A stretch of 64,000 nt of DNA from an uncultured Pelagibacteraceae bacterium (lineage in GTDB: Bacteria; Pseudomonadota; Alphaproteobacteria; Pelagibacterales; Pelagibacteraceae): the NCBI GenBank assembly GCA_902624075.1, contig CACNWC010000003.1, positions 31,819 to 95,818 on the forward strand, written 5' to 3'. The stretch's first letter is position 1, and each line of letters starts with the position of its first letter. Both the position numbers and the translations under genes were made by a program. The notes beneath the pieces are model-generated. The model did no database searches. It was given only the letters and a program-made list of their open reading frames with translations, and was not told where the DNA came from. This document shows positions 61,893-64,000 of the stretch, piece by piece.

Positions 61893-63715
61893 GCTGCTGC
61901 TCCAGCTTTTTCACTTTTTTTTCTTTCATGAGGATCTAGAATAGCTTTTCTCAATCTACAAGACTCTGGTGTAATTTCTAAAGCTTCATCAGTATTTAAC
62001 ATACTTAATTGTTCAGCAATTGACATTTTTCTTACTGGAGTAAGAACAACATTTTCATCTGTTCCTTGAGTTCTCATATTTGTTAATTTTTTACCTTTCA
62101 TAACATTGATAATCATGTCTCCTGGTTTAGGGGCTAAACCGACAATCATACCAGGATAAACAGGATCATTGTGAGTCACAAACATTTCACCTCTTGCCTG
62201 TAAATTGAATATTGCGAAAGCAACAGCTTTACCTTGTTCCATTGAAATTAACGCACCGTTTCTTCTTCCTTCCATATCTCCTTCAAACGGGCCATAAGTA
62301 TGAAAAATTCTGTTAATTACCCCGTTACCTTTTGTTAATGTTAGAAATCTACTTGTGTATCCCATTAAACCCCTTGTTGGAGCATGGAATATAAGCCTTT
62401 TTTTATTTTTTCCAGTGTCTTTTAATTCAATTAATTTACCTTTTCTTCTATTCATAGAGTCAATTATTTTTGAAGAGTGCTCTTCGTCAAGATCCATAGT
62501 AATTTCCTCTATAGGCTCAAGTTTGTTTCCATTTTCATCTTTCTTATACAAAACTTTTGGAGGGCTTACTGTCATTTCAAATCCTTCTCTTCTCATTTGA
62601 GTAAGTAAGATTTCTAACATTAGCTCTCCTCGACCACTTACTACAAAAGAGTCATTGCCACTATTTTCAGAAAATGTAACTCCAACATTATTTTGGGCTT
62701 CTTGTATTAATCTGTCTCTTATTTGTGTACTTGTAAGTTTTTTTCCTTCAGTTCCAGCTAATGGAGAAGTATTTACAGTGATTGTAATTGACATAGTTGG
62801 AGGGTCAATTGGAGTAGCTTCAATTGGCTCATTTACCTCAAGATTACATATAGTATCTGCAACGTTAGCTTTTTCTAATCCAGCAACAACAACAATATCT
62901 CCCGCTTCTCCAACCTCAATCGGAACTTTTTTGGTTCCTTCGTATCTAAAAATTTTAGTTAATCTACCTTCATCAACTTTTTCTCCTTTTAAATTGATTG
63001 CTTTAATAGCTTGATTAGCTTTTGCCGTTCCTTGTGAAATTCTACCCACTAAACTTCTTCCTAAAAAGCTATCAGCATAAAGAAGTGTAGAAAGCATAGC
63101 GAAAGGTTTTGATTTATCTAATTCAGCTGGTTTAACATGCTCGACAATCTTATCTAAAAGTGGATTAAGATTTTCTCTTGGACCATCTACTTCAAGATCA
63201 GCCCATCCAGATCTTCCACTGGCGTATAAAACTGGAAAATCTAGCTGCTCTTCATTAGCATCTAAACTTACAAATAAGTCGAATGTTTCATCTAGAACTT
63301 CGTTTGCTCTCTGATCTGATTTATCTAGTTTATTTATAACTACAATTGGTTTTAAGCCCTGTTTTAATGCTTTTGCTAAAACGAATTTTGTTTGGGGCAT
63401 TACACCTTCAGCAGAGTCTATAAGCAATAAAGCTCCATCTGCCATACTAAGTACTCTTTCAACTTCTGCAGCAAAATCTCTGTGGCCAGGTGTATCTATT
63501 ATGTTTATTCTTGAATCTTTCCAATTTATCGAGGCAGGTTTAGCTAATATAGTTATTCCTCTCTCTTTTTCTAATTCCCCAGAGTCCATTAACCTTTCAT
63601 CTACAACCTCATTTTCTCTAAATGAGCCACTTTGTTTCATTAGGTTATCTATCAGGGTCGTTTTGCCATGATCAACATGGGCGATTATAGTGATGTTTCT
63701 TATATTATTACTCAT
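61889..63715 (-). CDS. typA: Translational GTPase TypA/BipA
   Basis: IAHVDHGKTT, ERGITILAK, DTPGH, GRGEL, MRREGFE, KKLTNMR. Confidence 0.97.
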   Translation of the reverse strand: MSNNIRNITIIAHVDHGKTTLIDNLMKQSGSFRENEVVDERLMDSGELEKERGITILAKPASINWKDSRINIIDTPGHRDFAAEVERVLSMADGALLLIDSAEGVMPQTKFVLAKALKQGLKPIVVINKLDKSDQRANEVLDETFDLFVSLDANEEQLDFPVLYASGRSGWADLEVDGPRENLNPLLDKIVEHVKPAELDKSKPFAMLSTLLYADSFLGRSLVGRISQGTAKANQAIKAINLKGEKVDEGRLTKIFRYEGTKKVPIEVGEAGDIVVVAGLEKANVADTICNLEVNEPIEATPIDPPTMSITITVNTSPLAGTEGKKLTSTQIRDRLIQEAQNNVGVTFSENSGNDSFVVSGRGELMLEILLTQMRREGFEMTVSPPKVLYKKDENGNKLEPIEEITMDLDEEHSSKIIDSMNRRKGKLIELKDTGKNKKRLIFHAPTRGLMGYTSRFLTLTKGNGVINRIFHTYGPFEGDMEGRRNGALISMEQGKAVAFAIFNLQARGEMFVTHNDPVYPGMIVGLAPKPGDMIINVMKGKKLTNMRTQGTDENVVLTPVRKMSIAEQLSMLNTDEALEITPESCRLRKAILDPHERKKSEKAGAAA

Positions 63716-63785
63716 AATTCCGGGTTCTTATACATATTTAATTGCTTTTGAAAACTTAAAAAAAACTACACTAGGCTTGAATAAA

Positions 63786-63899
63786 TTAAGTGTTTTTTCG
63801 CTTTTCTCGTTTAAGTTTCCTTTTTTCTTTGAAACTTAATTTAGGTTTTTTTTTTACACTAGAGTCTTTAAATGATTTTCCACTATATCGTTTTGACAT
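63786..63899 (-). CDS. 37-aa highly basic small protein, not in the ORF track
   Basis: ATG at 63899 to TAA at 63788-63786: MSKRYSGKSFKDSSVKKKPKLSFKEKRKLKREKRKNT; fills the gap between a terminator and typA. Confidence 0.65.
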   Translation of the reverse strand: MSKRYSGKSFKDSSVKKKPKLSFKEKRKLKREKRKNT

Positions 63900-63914
63900 A
63901 TCTATTTATTCAAT

Positions 63915-63943
63915 AAAAAAAAGGGCAGTAAAAACTGCCCTTT
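63915..63943 (-). terminator. Intrinsic terminator of an upstream gene beyond the window
   Basis: AAAGGGCAGT-N4-ACTGCCCTTT followed by a U run on the minus strand. Confidence 0.85.
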
Positions 63944-64000
63944 AAGAATTTTTGTTTGAGAACAATGAGGGTTACATTCTCATACTGGTTTCTAATAATA

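Noticed and set aside
63950-64000. 3' end of an upstream minus-strand feature (possible ...LLETSMRM* ending at 63972, or a hairpin TGAGAA...TTCTCA)
   Set aside because: Too little sequence to fix the frame or identity; only its terminator is reported.

Overview
Very AT-rich, tightly packed chromosomal window with many overlapping stop/start codons. Gene content and order point to a streamlined marine alphaproteobacterium of the SAR11/Pelagibacter type (inference). Most of it is core housekeeping: the rplU-rpmA-obgE-proBA-nadD-rsfS-ctpA-rppH run, metX-metW-gloB under a SAM-II riboswitch, hisC-tyrC, class I lysS-pyrD, rpmB-yhhQ, polA, chvI-chvG-ahcY-tsaE-amgK-murU, an RND pump, ibpA with an RpoH-type promoter and ROSE-like thermometer, ptrB, cfa, tldD-pmbA and typA. 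I see no rRNA, tRNA, CRISPR array, prophage or IS element. The most interesting signals are: (1) a purine catabolism block (uraD/uraH-xdhAB-guaD-puuD-PRTase plus an NCS2 permease) whose PuuD urate hydroxylase has no cytochrome c domain and which lacks xdhC and allantoin-degradation genes; (2) a three-gene polyamine operon (ODC-fold decarboxylase, deoxyhypusine synthase homologue, agmatinase) whose logic suggests an agmatine-based homospermidine route, preceded by a uORF/hairpin leader; (3) an RND adaptor lacking the whole alpha-helical hairpin; (4) a 37-aa very basic ORF missed by the ORF track; (5) an orphan Lys-rich, coiled-coil protein with poly(A) runs; (6) widespread SD-less or leaderless translation starts. 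All calls come from motif recognition; no database searches were run.
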